From assembly GCA_963786935.1 (NCBI GenBank), contig CAWBAN010000005.1, positions 32,001 through 96,000 on the forward strand: DNA of 64,000 bases. Reading direction: 5' to 3'. The translations under genes and the position numbers were made by a program. The DNA is from an uncultured bacterium. Lineage in GTDB: Bacteria > Krumholzibacteriota > Krumholzibacteriia > Krumholzibacteriales > Krumholzibacteriaceae. How positions within the stretch are numbered: the first letter of the stretch is position 1; each line of letters opens with the position of its first letter. Positions 10,623 through 20,326 of this stretch are shown here, in pieces. Below the pieces are notes generated by a model, which worked only from the letters and a program-made list of their open reading frames with translations, did no database searches and had not been told where the DNA came from.

Positions 10623-12018
10623 TCAGTCCGACTTGGTCTTGAAGTCCTTGCCGAGCCAGTTGCGGGCGAGGATGAGCATCACCGTGGAGCGAGACCGCGA
10701 TGAAGCCGTAGATCAGCCACATGCGCTCGGTGTTCTGCGGCCCGGTCGGCGGGCAGTAGCGCAACAGGAACCAGCCGGAGTAGAGGCTGGTGATCATCTT
10801 GGTGAGGAACCACGGGAACTGGGCGACGCCCATGTACGCGCCGGTGCGTCCCTCGGGGGCGATCTCCGCGGCGTACTGGAGGAATCGCGGCTGCCACATC
10901 GCCTCGCCGACCGTCATGAGGATGAGGTAACCGAAGAGCGTCCAGGTGCTGGGCCCGATCGCGAGGAGGAACGTGGGCGCGGCCATCACCGCCGTGCCCA
11001 GGATCATCATGTTGTAGACCTTCGCCTTCTGGGTCAGCGCGGCGACGATCGGCACGAGGATGAAGATCAGGAGCGGGTTGAAGTTGACCGCGACCTCGAA
11101 GTGGTTGCCGGTCCACGTCCCCCGATAGGCGCGCTCGACGTACATCGGAAGGGTCAGCCAGTTGTGCGCGAACAGCGTCTGCACGGGGATCAGGCAGAAG
11201 ATGAAGAACGAGAACTTCGGGTCGGCCATCGGGTGGTTCTTGAGCCACCGCATCACCGAGAACGGCTCCTTCGGCGGCCGCTTCCTTCGGCTTCTCGGGC
11301 TCGGTCTTGCCCGAGGCCGCCCGCGCGCTCGCGATGGCCCGGTCCACGGTGCGCTTCGAGAGGATCACGAACGTCAGGACGAGCCCCAGCACCGTGAAGC
11401 CGGCGTAGACCCAGATCGCTCCCGAGATCCCGACGGCCCTCCGGATCGGCGCGAAGAACGACGGGAGCCAGCCCCCGAGGTTCATCAGGGCGTACAGCAT
11501 CGCGTAGCCCATCCCCGCGGTCGCCGGCGTCGTGAACTGCCGGACCGCGGCGTAGGCCGCCGGCTGGTACATCCCGTAACCCGAGAGACGAAACGAGCCG
11601 AGGAGCGAAAGCGGACCCAGTGCGCCGGGGAGAACATCCCGGCGGGAGCCAGTCCCATCGTCGGGCCGCCCGCGAGGAAGACGCGCCCGACGAGCATCAG
11701 CGCGAGCGCCGAGACGAGCGCGATCGCGCACCCCCCACTTGTCGGCGAGGCCGCCGAACATGAACATCGCCAGCGTGATGCCCCACGTGAGCGCGCCGGT
11801 CATCCGCCCCGCCCAGACGTCGTCGAAGCCCGACGTACTGGTTGAAGTACATGGCCAGGTAGCCGACGACGCCGAAGTAGACGAACCCCTCGAGGAGGTA
11901 CGAGACGTTCACGCCCCCAGAGCGCGCGCGGCGCGCGCACCACGTCGATGAAGGGTTGGACGATCTCGCGCAGCGGAGATTTCGGCTTCTCGGCGGATTT
12001 TTCGGTTTGTTCGCTCAT
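10623..12018 (-). pseudogene. MFS transporter (peptide/POT-like), frameshifted
   Basis: MSEQTEK start with RBS GGAGG; fragments FGGLADKWG, GYGMYQPAAY, GEAMWQPRFLQY..EIAPEGRTGAYMG in different frames; reconstructed end ...LGKDFKTKSD-TGA at 10623. Confidence 0.8.
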
Positions 12019-12049
12019 GTTCCTGCCTCCGTTTCGTTGATTCGCCGCT

Positions 12050-12078
12050 ATGCTATGCGTTTTGGGGGGATGCATCAA
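12050..12078 (-). promoter_or_regulatory. Putative sigma70 promoter of the MFS gene
   Basis: Minus strand TTGATG-N17-TAGCAT. Confidence 0.55.
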
Positions 12079-12082
12079 TAGA

Positions 12083-12097
12083 AAATGGACCGCCGGG
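12083..12097 (-). repeat. Direct repeat of the tRNA-Lys 3' end (att-like site)
   Basis: AAATGGACCGCCGGG is identical to 13775-13789; the match extends through AATAG with one indel. Confidence 0.8.
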
Positions 12098-12133
12098 AAG
12101 TCGCCTTTCCAATCTGCAAGTCGAGAGGGATGC

Positions 12134-13694
12134 TCAGGGCCGACTCCCTTGTATGTCGCGCACCCTTGGATTAATGATGATCTCGCTGGCGAGGATGGTT
12201 GCCGTATCGGGGGGGCTGACGCCGTTCGGAATGCGGAGTCCCTGTGATGTGATGCGCACATAACGCGCCCTTGTATCGATGCGGGCGCAGCGACGATTCT
12301 CGATGCGTATCAAGGCTGTCGAGACGCCAGGGGAATGGCTCAACGGCAGCGATAGATATATACTCCGCCCCATCGGCGGAAACCGAGAAGTTCACCTGCT
12401 CTGGGAGGAATATCGAGTTCTTGCCATCGGCAAGTAGATGAATTCCGATGTAGTTAAGGCTCTTGGGCCTGCCCAAATCGACAGTGATGTCCATAATACC
12501 GTGTATGAACTTCACCCATCCTTTGGTCCGGGTATACAGGGAAGCGGTTCCGCCGTCGGTCAGCTGGAATCCGTTATCCGTTGATTCCGCATTGGAACTC
12601 AGAATGACCTTCGCGCCGATGGCGGCGTGCCAAACGTTCCCCGTAATCGCATCCTCCAGGACGAGCATCTCCGGCTCCCGCTCGAGAAATCGCTTGTATT
12701 GCCGATACTGTTCCACGGCACTCGGATGGCCGGTCGGAGCCGGGCTAGCCGGCTTATCCGCCATGCCAAGCATTGTGAACGCGATGGTTCTATCGACGTA
12801 TGGCGACACGGTCGCCATCTGTTCGAGAACGCGCGAAAAAGGAGCTGGAACGAGAGCCGATTCCCGCGAGTTCGGAGCACCTTCCCAAGCAAACGTTTCG
12901 ACGGTCGCCCAGAGCTCGATGCGCGGAATCCTGCTGTGCCAGGCCCGCGCCGCGGCGAATTGTGTCCGGCTTAATTCAAGGGGATTGGAGGATTGAGCGC
13001 AGGCCACCTTGTCCTGGTACGCGACGATATCGATATCCATGGACTCGAGTATTCGCAGATAGTCTTCGCTCCACTGGATGCGCTCCAATCCTCTGGGCGC
13101 GATGAGGATCCGCGCCCCGGGAGTGAGCGTGCGGGCCTCGGCCGCCAGCATGTTGACGTAGACGGCATACTGCCGATCCAGGCGGGCCGCGTTGCCCTCG
13201 AGCGAGAAATACCAGCCGCAAAACGCCGGGCTCGCGCCGTAGCGCGCGGCGACGTCGCGCATGATGGCCCTCCTGCCCTCCATGACGGGCGGGAGGTACA
13301 TATGATCATCCTCGTCGTTTACGAATTCGCAGCTCAAAAAGACTTTTACGCCGCACTTTTCGGCCGCCTGCAGAATGGTCCTTACGGGATCGTCGCAGGC
13401 GAGACCGGCGCTCGGCATGAACGCCGACGTATAGAACGCCTTGCCCCGCTGCGCCACGCTCTGCAAGATGATGTACTCGATGCCGATTTCGCCCATCTCG
13501 GAGACCTTGAGCGCCCAGTCGTCACACGTGTAAGCGGCCTGGCGCTCGTTCATGTACGTATACCTCGCATCCGGCCATTGAATGTTGATCAACGTGCCCG
13601 TAATGGGCTTGATGCGGTTGGTGGTATCCGTGGGACCACAGGCTGCGGCACCCAGAAGCAGCGCGATGGCGGCGATGAAAGCGGTGCGCGGCAT
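12134..13694 (-). CDS. DUF4434-like putative glycoside hydrolase lipoprotein with C-terminal F5/8 type C (discoidin) domain; one frameshift near 12300
   Basis: Lipoprotein-like signal (LLLGAAAC); IGIEYIILQ, AFCGWYFSLE, IVAYQD, LWATVETF; ITVDLG, with ARYVRIT...SEIII continuing in the 12134..12373 frame. Confidence 0.7.
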
Positions 13695-13777
13695 GAAAAC
13701 ATCGTACAAGAGTTTTCTGCCTCGAACAAGCGGCATTCCGGAGCGATGCGGGGGATTGCGCAATTGAAATAGAGAAA

Positions 13778-13850
13778 TGGACCGCCGGGGAATCGAACCC
13801 CAAACCTACTGATTAAGAGTCAGTTGCTCTACCAGTTGAGCTAGCGGTCC
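13778..13850 (-). tRNA. tRNA-Lys (CTT)
   Basis: GGACCGCTAGCTCAACTGGTAGAGCAACTGACT-CTT-AATCAG...GGTTCGATTCCCCGGCGGTCCA; cloverleaf; no CCA after the discriminator. Confidence 0.97.
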
Positions 13851-13878
13851 ATAACGGGTTTGGTTTTCGGGACGCCCG

Positions 13879-13907
13879 AATATAGAACGCCGCCGCTGAT
13901 AATTCAA
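13879..13907 (-). promoter_or_regulatory. Putative sigma70 promoter of tRNA-Lys
   Basis: Minus strand TTGAAT-N17-TATATT. Confidence 0.65.
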
Positions 13908-13937
13908 GGAAAATCAATGCCGCCGCCGGCCCCCCCC

Positions 13938-16475
13938 TCAGCGAATTATGACGAACTTCCCGATCACCCGCTGAAAGCGCCGGTCGCCCGGTTCGACGCT
14001 GTACAGGTAGATGCCGCTCGTGACGCTCTGGCCGTTCCGCGAGATGAGATTCCAGGGAAGCGTTCCGTTGCCGCTCGTCCCGTCGTGGCTCAGCGTTTGA
14101 ACGAGATCCCCCGAAACGGTGTAGATGCGGATGGTGCTCAGGCAGCGGGGCAGATTACGGAACTCGAGCTTTTCGCCGCTCGGGTCGGCGTTCGTCGGGC
14201 CGAGGGCCCATGGCGCCATCGTCTCCGTGGTGACCGGATTCGGCACGACGTATATCTCGCGCTCCTGGAACGTCTCCGCTTCCTGCGCCGACGAGCTCGG
14301 CTCGATATACCTGAAGTTCGAGTACGGGGTGTCGTATTCCCCGGTTTTGTACGGGCGTCCCTTCGCGTCGTAGGTGTGGTCGTACGCGACGACGGAGTAG
14401 AAATAGGGCATCCCGTTCTCGACTTCCCGGTCGACATACTGGTAATACTGGCGCCCGCCTTCGTATCCGATGTTCCACCGCGCGAGCGCTTCCACCGTGT
14501 CGCATTCCTCATCCGTGAGGCCGGGCGGGCACGGAATGGTGCCGAGGGGATCGTACGCGATGATCTGTTCGAACGACCGTATGAGCGCGTCCCGGCCATC
14601 GATACGCGCGAGCGGCTCGTACGCGAAGCCGCCGTATTTGGGCGGATCCCTGAAGTCCTGATCGGGAGACACCCCGTTCACGAGGTCGCCCGACGCGAGC
14701 ATGCTCCACAGGTCGCCGCTCGGACCGCCTGATACGCTCGTGCCGATGGGGCGGTGCCAGTCGTCCGCGCGCCAGACCTGATATCCTTCGAAATCGTACT
14801 TGAGGGTCAGGGGATCGGGGATGAGCTCGCTCCGATTGTCCCAATGAACGATCACCTTTTCATCCGTCGCGACGACGCGCATGTTCGGAGGAACGGAGGA
14901 GCTGCTCGTCACGAACCTGACGTGCGTTTCCTTGCCGTCGATCCCCGTTTTATAATTGTTCGGATTGGCGCTGGTCATACGGCACCGGTCCCGGTTGTCG
15001 AACATCCAACTTTCTTCGAAACAGTCGGCGTTCGCCCAGATCGAGTCGCCCCTCAGCACCTGCGCGTACGTTTTGCCGTCCCACGCGCACAGATCGGGCA
15101 CGAACTGCTTCAGCGGCCCGTAGAGCATCGTTTCCAGTCCCGATACGCCCGTCGTGACGTTCTTGTCGGCATCGAACCAGATGCCTCGGTACAGGAGCGC
15201 GGCGGCGGTGGCGTTATCGAGCATGTCTTCGAGGCCGTCGCCGGCGACATAGGCGACATCGAGGGTGATCGTGCCGCCCGGCGCCAGGACGTCGAACGGC
15301 CCGATGCTCATGAGCACCCTATAGTCGTTCATGTTGATCGGCTCCGCGTCCCAGCCGCTCTCCGCGAGGGACGCGTAGCGTTCGAGATCGTCCGTCGGCT
15401 CGCCGCCGTGAATGAAGGGAAGCAGGCCCGCGAATATCCGAATCCCGTGAACCGCCGGCTGCGACGTCGTCGCGAAATTGAATTTCTGCCCTTCCGCGGT
15501 TGCTCCCTGCACGACGTAGATTTCCGTCGAATGGCCGAGCAGCATGACGCCGAAGTACCCCGGCGTCTGTCCGCCGTCTCCGTCGTTGTCGTAGACGTAG
15601 GCGATGGTGAATTCCATGGGCCACTCGATATCCCCGATCGCCGCGCACCGGACGCCGCTCCACATGCCGATGAGATCGTCCCGGTGATAGGCGCCGCGGC
15701 TTCGCGGGCCGGCGTCGAGATCGGCGTAGATGGCGGGATACACCTCCGTCAGGAAACGATTCCCCAGGTTCGTGATTTCGTAATGAACGACGACGCAGTC
15801 CTTGTACGATTCGTCCCCCCACTGGTAGGTCTCCTGGCGCACGCCGAGATGGAGGGGCGTGTGCTCCGGCCATACCGTCTGGGCCGTCGGCTCGTCGTCC
15901 CGGAACCAGCATGAGTACATCAGCTTTCCGAAAGCCGCGAAATCCTCGTCGATCCGGCCGTCGCCGTCGTCGTCGCGGCCGTCGAGCCAATCCTCGTCGA
16001 CGCGTCCGTCGCCGTCGTCGTCGGCCCGGCCGGGGTAGTGCGTCCCGCCGGGGATGGTTTCGTATGCCCGGTAGATCCGGTCGACCGCGCCGTCGCCGGG
16101 GTAGAACTCCATCTGGGGGAATCCCGTCGAGACGCTCTCCACGCCGTCGACGCGCGCCCCCACCCAGAGCCCGCCCGCGTAGAGGTACTCCACGCCGCTG
16201 CCCGCGGGCCACTGGGCGGACGGGTAATCGGACATCGGATATTGGCTGCTGGGCATCGAGCCGAGGAAACCGAAGTTCGTGACGTTCATCTGGAGGTTGC
16301 CGGCCGAAAGGAGGGCGCTTCCGTCGAGAACGATGGTTCTCAGCGCGGCGCCGTCTTTGCCGTCGGGGAGGGACGGGGCGTCCCGGCCCTGCGCCGAAAG
16401 GGGCGCCGGCGCGGCGGCGGATAGCGCGGCCGCGCAAAATGCCACGCGTACGATTTGCATCCTACAGGATGACAT
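13938..16475 (-). CDS. Large secreted protein with DxDxDG Ca-binding repeats and C-terminal T9SS/FlgD-like sorting domain
   Basis: Signal peptide near 16475/16460; DDDGDGRVDED and DDDGDGRIDED; C-terminal IYVVPNP...IRIYTVSGDLV...WNLISRNGQSVTSGIYLYSV; start uncertain. Confidence 0.75.
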   Translation of the reverse strand: MSSCRMQIVRVAFCAAALSAAAPAPLSAQGRDAPSLPDGKDGAALRTIVLDGSALLSAGNLQMNVTNFGFLGSMPSSQYPMSDYPSAQWPAGSGVEYLYAGGLWVGARVDGVESVSTGFPQMEFYPGDGAVDRIYRAYETIPGGTHYPGRADDDGDGRVDEDWLDGRDDDGDGRIDEDFAAFGKLMYSCWFRDDEPTAQTVWPEHTPLHLGVRQETYQWGDESYKDCVVVHYEITNLGNRFLTEVYPAIYADLDAGPRSRGAYHRDDLIGMWSGVRCAAIGDIEWPMEFTIAYVYDNDGDGGQTPGYFGVMLLGHSTEIYVVQGATAEGQKFNFATTSQPAVHGIRIFAGLLPFIHGGEPTDDLERYASLAESGWDAEPINMNDYRVLMSIGPFDVLAPGGTITLDVAYVAGDGLEDMLDNATAAALLYRGIWFDADKNVTTGVSGLETMLYGPLKQFVPDLCAWDGKTYAQVLRGDSIWANADCFEESWMFDNRDRCRMTSANPNNYKTGIDGKETHVRFVTSSSSVPPNMRVVATDEKVIVHWDNRSELIPDPLTLKYDFEGYQVWRADDWHRPIGTSVSGGPSGDLWSMLASGDLVNGVSPDQDFRDPPKYGGFAYEPLARIDGRDALIRSFEQIIAYDPLGTIPCPPGLTDEECDTVEALARWNIGYEGGRQYYQYVDREVENGMPYFYSVVAYDHTYDAKGRPYKTGEYDTPYSNFRYIEPSSSAQEAETFQEREIYVVPNPVTTETMAPWALGPTNADPSGEKLEFRNLPRCLSTIRIYTVSGDLVQTLSHDGTSGNGTLPWNLISRNGQSVTSGIYLYSVEPGDRRFQRVIGKFVIIR

Positions 16476-16551
16476 ACGGCATCGAACCGGGCTCTCGTTG
16501 TGGGGAAAATGGCAGACGTAAGATAACACCGGCCGGGCAGCCGCTGCAATG

Positions 16552-16588
16552 AAAAACGGGCCGCTCGCGCGTGGCGAGCGACCCGTTG
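16552..16588 (-). terminator. Probable intrinsic terminator of ssb
   Basis: AACGGG-c-CGCTCGC / GCGAGCG-a-CCCGTT hairpin followed by a T-run on the minus strand. Confidence 0.6.
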
Positions 16589-16679
16589 AACCTGATCGCG
16601 GGACGGGGGCCGTCGAGCCCCTTCGGCGATCCGCGGCCGTCTCCGGCCGGCGGATCACCATTTCATTAATGTCGGTCTC

Positions 16680-17126
16680 TCAGAACGGCAGATCGCTGTC
16701 CTCGTCGGCGGCGTTGGCCGGCGCGGGAGCGTCGGCCGTGTCGGCGGGAGCCTCGGGCTGGGCCTCTTCGGCCGCGTAGCCGCCGCCACCCTCGCCGCGC
16801 CCGCCGAGCATCGTCATGTTCGTGGCGACGATCTCCGTCGTGTAGCGCTTGTCGCCGTTCTTATCTTCCCATTCGCGCGTCTGCAGACGCCCCTCGATGT
16901 AGACCTGGCGGCCCTTCTTGAGATACTGGTTGCAGATTTCGGCGAGCCGCCCGAAGGCGACCACGCGGTGCCACTCCGTGCGCTTGTTCTTCTCCCCTTC
17001 GCGGGTGGAAAAGACCTCCGTCGTCGCGAGCCGCAGATTCGACACCGCGGTCCCGCTCGGCGTGTGGCGAAGATCGGGATCGGCGCCCAGATTGCCTATG
17101 AGAATGACCTTGTTGACACCACTCAT
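16680..17126 (-). CDS. ssb: Single-stranded DNA-binding protein
   Basis: [24 protein letters not shown], acidic tail DSDLPF; RBS AGGAGG. Confidence 0.97.
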   Translation of the reverse strand: MSGVNKVILIGNLGADPDLRHTPSGTAVSNLRLATTEVFSTREGEKNKRTEWHRVVAFGRLAEICNQYLKKGRQVYIEGRLQTREWEDKNGDKRYTTEIVATNMTMLGGRGEGGGGYAAEEAQPEAPADTADAPAPANAADEDSDLPF

Positions 17127-17421
17127 CACCGCACCTCCTGCACTGAAAAAGCAAGTGAACCTTCGTCCCTTCCTCCGCCGCGCCTCCCCGTCAGGTTCGT
17201 TTTTCATTGTATCCGATCGGGGTCAAAGGTCAAGGGCGAAGTGCGGGGGCGGGCGGCGCGGGAGCGGGGGCCGCGAAGCGACAGACGATCCGGCCTCGCG
17301 TCGGGGCGGCGCCCCCGTTAAGATGTATTTTAAATTGATTTTCGATCCCCGGGTGTATGATTATGTGAAAAATCGATCGATCTTTCAGGGCTCGTTTCTT
17401 TGAAATCATAAGGAGGACCCC

Positions 17422-17895
17422 ATGGCCACACTCAAGGTCGGCGACAAGGCCCCGAGCTTCGAGCTTCCGATCGCGATGGACAAGACGTGGAAGCTTTCCG
17501 AGAACGTCGGCAAGCAGAACATCGTGCTTCTCTTCTTCCCGCTCGCGTTCAGCCCGACGTGCCACGCGGAGCTGTGCTCGTTCCGGGACGGCTTCCGCGA
17601 GTTCCAGAGCCTCGATGCGATGGTCGTCGCCATCAGCATCGACAGCCCCTTCGTGCTCAACAAATGGAAAGAGGAGCTCGCGCTCCAGTACCCGCTGCTG
17701 AGCGACTTCAACAAGCAGGTCGCCCCGGCGTACGGCGCCTTCTACGAAAAACTCGGACCGCTTCAGGGCGTGGCGAAGCGCTCGGCGTTCGTCATCGACA
17801 AGAAGGGGATCATCCGCTACGCGTGGGTGTCCGAGGATGCGGGCGTCGTGCCCGATCTCGTCGCGATCAAGAAGGTGCTCGACGGATTGAAGTAG
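17422..17895 (+). CDS. Peroxiredoxin (AhpC/TSA, AhpE-like)
   Basis: LKVGDKAPSF, FFPLAFSPTCHAELC, LLSDFN, RSAFVIDKKG; RBS AAGGAGG. Confidence 0.93.
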   Translation: MATLKVGDKAPSFELPIAMDKTWKLSENVGKQNIVLLFFPLAFSPTCHAELCSFRDGFREFQSLDAMVVAISIDSPFVLNKWKEELALQYPLLSDFNKQVAPAYGAFYEKLGPLQGVAKRSAFVIDKKGIIRYAWVSEDAGVVPDLVAIKKVLDGLK

Positions 17896-17928
17896 AGCGC
17901 CGGCGAATTCGGCTCGGGGCCGCGGGCG

Positions 17929-18423
17929 TCATTCGGTCGCGGCCTCGGGCCGGTAGAGTGCGCGCGTGTAGGGCAGGCTCTTGACTCCGCAGAGATCGGC
18001 GGGAAAATGGAGAAGGAGCCTGCCTTCCGTGTCCATATCCCCCCGCATCTGGAACGTGCACGAATCCCTCCCGCTGATCCAATAGAGCGCGTCGAAACGG
18101 ATCGCGTTCTCGCGCCACACGCCCGCCGCCTCGAAGCGCATCCCCTCGGGCACGAGCTCGCCGCCGGAGGGGGATTTCGTCGAGACGAGCTCGATCGCGA
18201 CGGTGTCGCCGCGCTGCTCGATCGTGTAAATCGATTTCGAGATCGTGCGGTCGGCGCTCTCGATGCCGCTGTGCCACTCGCCGGCGAGATCGAGGTTCCG
18301 GGATGGCTTCGGCGGCGCGCTTTCGTTCTTGCCGCCGCAGGACGGAATCAGGGAGAGGCAGAGAATGAGGAGGAGGGGAATCAGCTTCGCAGGGACGGAT
18401 TTGCTCGAACGGGGGATTTTCAA
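17929..18423 (-). CDS. Hypothetical lipoprotein
   Basis: Hydrophobic signal ending LSLIPSC; start placed at TTG 18423 because the longer ORF overlaps tRNA-His. Confidence 0.6.
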   Translation of the reverse strand: MKIPRSSKSVPAKLIPLLLILCLSLIPSCGGKNESAPPKPSRNLDLAGEWHSGIESADRTISKSIYTIEQRGDTVAIELVSTKSPSGGELVPEGMRFEAAGVWRENAIRFDALYWISGRDSCTFQMRGDMDTEGRLLLHFPADLCGVKSLPYTRALYRPEAATE

Positions 18424-18447
18424 TTCGAGCCTCCGGGTAAATAAAAA

Positions 18448-18525
18448 TGGGGTGGACGACGGGACTTGAACCCGCGACAACTGGAACCACAATCCAGGGC
18501 TCTACCAAGCTGAGCTACGTCCACC
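18448..18525 (-). tRNA. tRNA-His (GTG)
   Basis: G-1 plus GTGGACGTAGCTCAG...CTGGATT-GTG-GTTCCAG...GGTTCAAGTCCCGTCGTCCACCCCA; CCA encoded. Confidence 0.97.
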
Positions 18526-18538
18526 GCAAACCTGACTA

Positions 18539-18567
18539 ATTCTATTGTGCGGCCGCTGGTTGCGCAA
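18539..18567 (-). promoter_or_regulatory. Putative sigma70 promoter of tRNA-His
   Basis: Minus strand TTGCGC-N17-TAGAAT. Confidence 0.6.
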
Positions 18568-18570
18568 GTG

Positions 18571-18598
18571 AAAAGGGTCGGGCCGTTGGGCCCGACCC
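18571..18598 (-). terminator. Intrinsic terminator after tRNA-Arg
   Basis: GGGTCGGGCC/GGCCCGACCC perfect 10-bp stem followed by TTTT on the minus strand. Confidence 0.7.
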
Positions 18599-18608
18599 CC
18601 GTTATTCT

Positions 18609-18681
18609 CGCGCCTGGCAGGACTCGAACCTGCAGCCAACGGATTAGAAATCCGTTGCTCTATCCATTGAGCTACAGGCGC
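18609..18681 (-). tRNA. tRNA-Arg (TCT)
   Basis: GCGCCTGTAGCTCAATGGATAGAGCAACGGATT-TCT-AATCCGT...GGTTCGAGTCCTGCCAGGCGCG; CCA not encoded. Confidence 0.97.
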
Positions 18682-18760
18682 ATAGCCGCCTATATAATTA
18701 TCGGGACGCGAAGCGGTTGTCCAGCGTTTCCTTGCAATCCGGGCGAGGCGCACCCCGCGC

Positions 18761-19441
18761 TCAGGGAGCGAGCGGGAGGAAATAGCCGATGAGCGCGTGG
18801 TAGGGGGTGAACACCGCCTCGATCACGCTTCCGAATCCCGCGTTGAAGGCCGGGACCCGCATCAGCATGATCACGGCGAAGATGCCGAAGAAGCCGAGCC
18901 GGCGATAGCGTTCCGCGAGCTCGTCCGGGAGGAACGAGGCGAGCACGTGCGAGCCGTCGAGGGGCGGAATGGGGATAAGGTTGAAGACGGCGAGGACCAC
19001 GTTGAGATAGACGCCCCCGTAGAACATCTTCAGCAGGAACTCCCAGAAGCGCGCGAGGATCGTGATATTCGCTCCGGTGATCGCGGGCGCCGCGACACCC
19101 AGCAGGATCACCATAACGCTGCACGCGAGCGCGAGGCACAGGTTCGACACCGGCCCCACGACCGATACGAGCATGTCGTCGCGCTTGAAGTCCCGGAAGT
19201 TATAGGGATTCACGGGCACCGGCTTGGCCCACGCGATGAAGATCCTGCCCGCCGCGAGCAGCGAGAAGAGCGGCACGAGGATCGATCCGAAGAGATCGAT
19301 GTGCGGGATCGGATTGAGCGTGAGCCGCCCCATATCGCGCGCCGTCGGGTCGCCGGCCCTGAGCGCCACCCACCCGTGCGCCATCTCGTGGATGACCACC
19401 GAAAAGAGGAGAATCGGGATTACATAAAGCTGCTCGAGCAT
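18761..19441 (-). CDS. Site-2 protease family (peptidase M50) protein
   Basis: HEMAH zinc motif and FNLIPIPPLDGSH. Confidence 0.93.
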   Translation of the reverse strand: MLEQLYVIPILLFSVVIHEMAHGWVALRAGDPTARDMGRLTLNPIPHIDLFGSILVPLFSLLAAGRIFIAWAKPVPVNPYNFRDFKRDDMLVSVVGPVSNLCLALACSVMVILLGVAAPAITGANITILARFWEFLLKMFYGGVYLNVVLAVFNLIPIPPLDGSHVLASFLPDELAERYRRLGFFGIFAVIMLMRVPAFNAGFGSVIEAVFTPYHALIGYFLPLAP

Positions 19442-19556
19442 GACACCCCCTGCGCGCCGATCCGGCGCTTGCTCGTGGATAATGCACGAGCGGACGGACG
19501 TCTGTCCAGAGATTGTTGGCGGTTCAGGTGATGGAGCAACCTAATGACGGAGCAAT

Positions 19557-20144
19557 CTAGAACCAGCCGGTGGCGTCGAGCGCGTCGATCTTTTCCCTGA
19601 GCTCCTGGTGCAGCTCCTCGAGACGATCCGCTTTTGCCTCGAGCCTGTTGGCGCGCTTCTCGAGATGCGCCGCCATGCGCTCGATCTTGTCTCCCTTGCG
19701 ATCGAGCTCTTCCTCGAGGTCCTCGAGATCCTTCTCGTCGCCGAGAGCGAGGAGCGCGCCCACCGCCGCGTGGAGCCCGAGCCCGGCGCCCTTTACGCCG
19801 ATCTTCGCGCCCTCGGCGGCGATCAGCTTCGCTTCCTCGATGATCGCGTCGAAGGTGTCGTAGTATTTCTGAACCAGCTCGCGCTGAGAAACGGAAAGGC
19901 GGATGGATTCGCCGTTCACGGAGAGGTCGCCGTTCTCGGTGATCTCGACCGTCTCGTCCTCGTCGTGCTTGAACGTAATCGAGCCGTCCTCGATGTCGAC
20001 GTCCACGTCGTCGTCGCGGAAGAGATTGTCGGTGTCGTCGCAGTCGCTGTGGACGTGAATCGTCCGGTGGGCCAGCGCCTCGACCGGCATGAACGCCGTC
20101 GCGGAGGCGAGGCCGAGAGCACAAAGAATAACAAATGGTTTCAT
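19557..20144 (-). CDS. YggN/DUF2884-like exported protein
   Basis: Signal peptide MKPFVILCALGLA; ITENGDLSVNG..I.LS..QR.L...Y pattern followed by coiled coil; RBS GAGGAGG. Confidence 0.7.
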   Translation of the reverse strand: MKPFVILCALGLASATAFMPVEALAHRTIHVHSDCDDTDNLFRDDDVDVDIEDGSITFKHDEDETVEITENGDLSVNGESIRLSVSQRELVQKYYDTFDAIIEEAKLIAAEGAKIGVKGAGLGLHAAVGALLALGDEKDLEDLEEELDRKGDKIERMAAHLEKRANRLEAKADRLEELHQELREKIDALDATGWF

Positions 20145-20183
20145 AAAGAGTCCTCCTCGAGGCTTGACGAGCTTTGACGGTAA

Positions 20184-20208
20184 TACGCCGCGCGGGGGAA
20201 AAAGTTGC
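20184..20208 (-). promoter_or_regulatory. Putative ECF-sigma promoter upstream of the YggN-like gene
   Basis: Minus strand GCAAC-N16-CGTA (AAC...CGT ECF pattern). Confidence 0.45.
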
Positions 20209-20251
20209 GTCTCAGGAATGGTTTCCGGCCCCCGCCGCGGCGCGCTTTCCG

Positions 20252-20280
20252 TTGAAATCTTCGAGAAATCGGAGTACAAT
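20252..20280 (+). promoter_or_regulatory. Putative sigma70 promoter
   Basis: TTGAAA-N17-TACAAT upstream of the 20327 gene. Confidence 0.6.
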
Positions 20281-20326
20281 ACTGATGGGTTTGGATCTTC
20301 TTTTAGAGAACCGGAGGGGGTGTCCC

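Larger units (their letters stand above)
12083..13789. mobile_element. tRNA-Lys-anchored genomic islet, no integrase
   Basis: Flanked by the tRNA 3'-end repeat; single cargo gene with visibly more AT-rich sequence. Confidence 0.6.
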
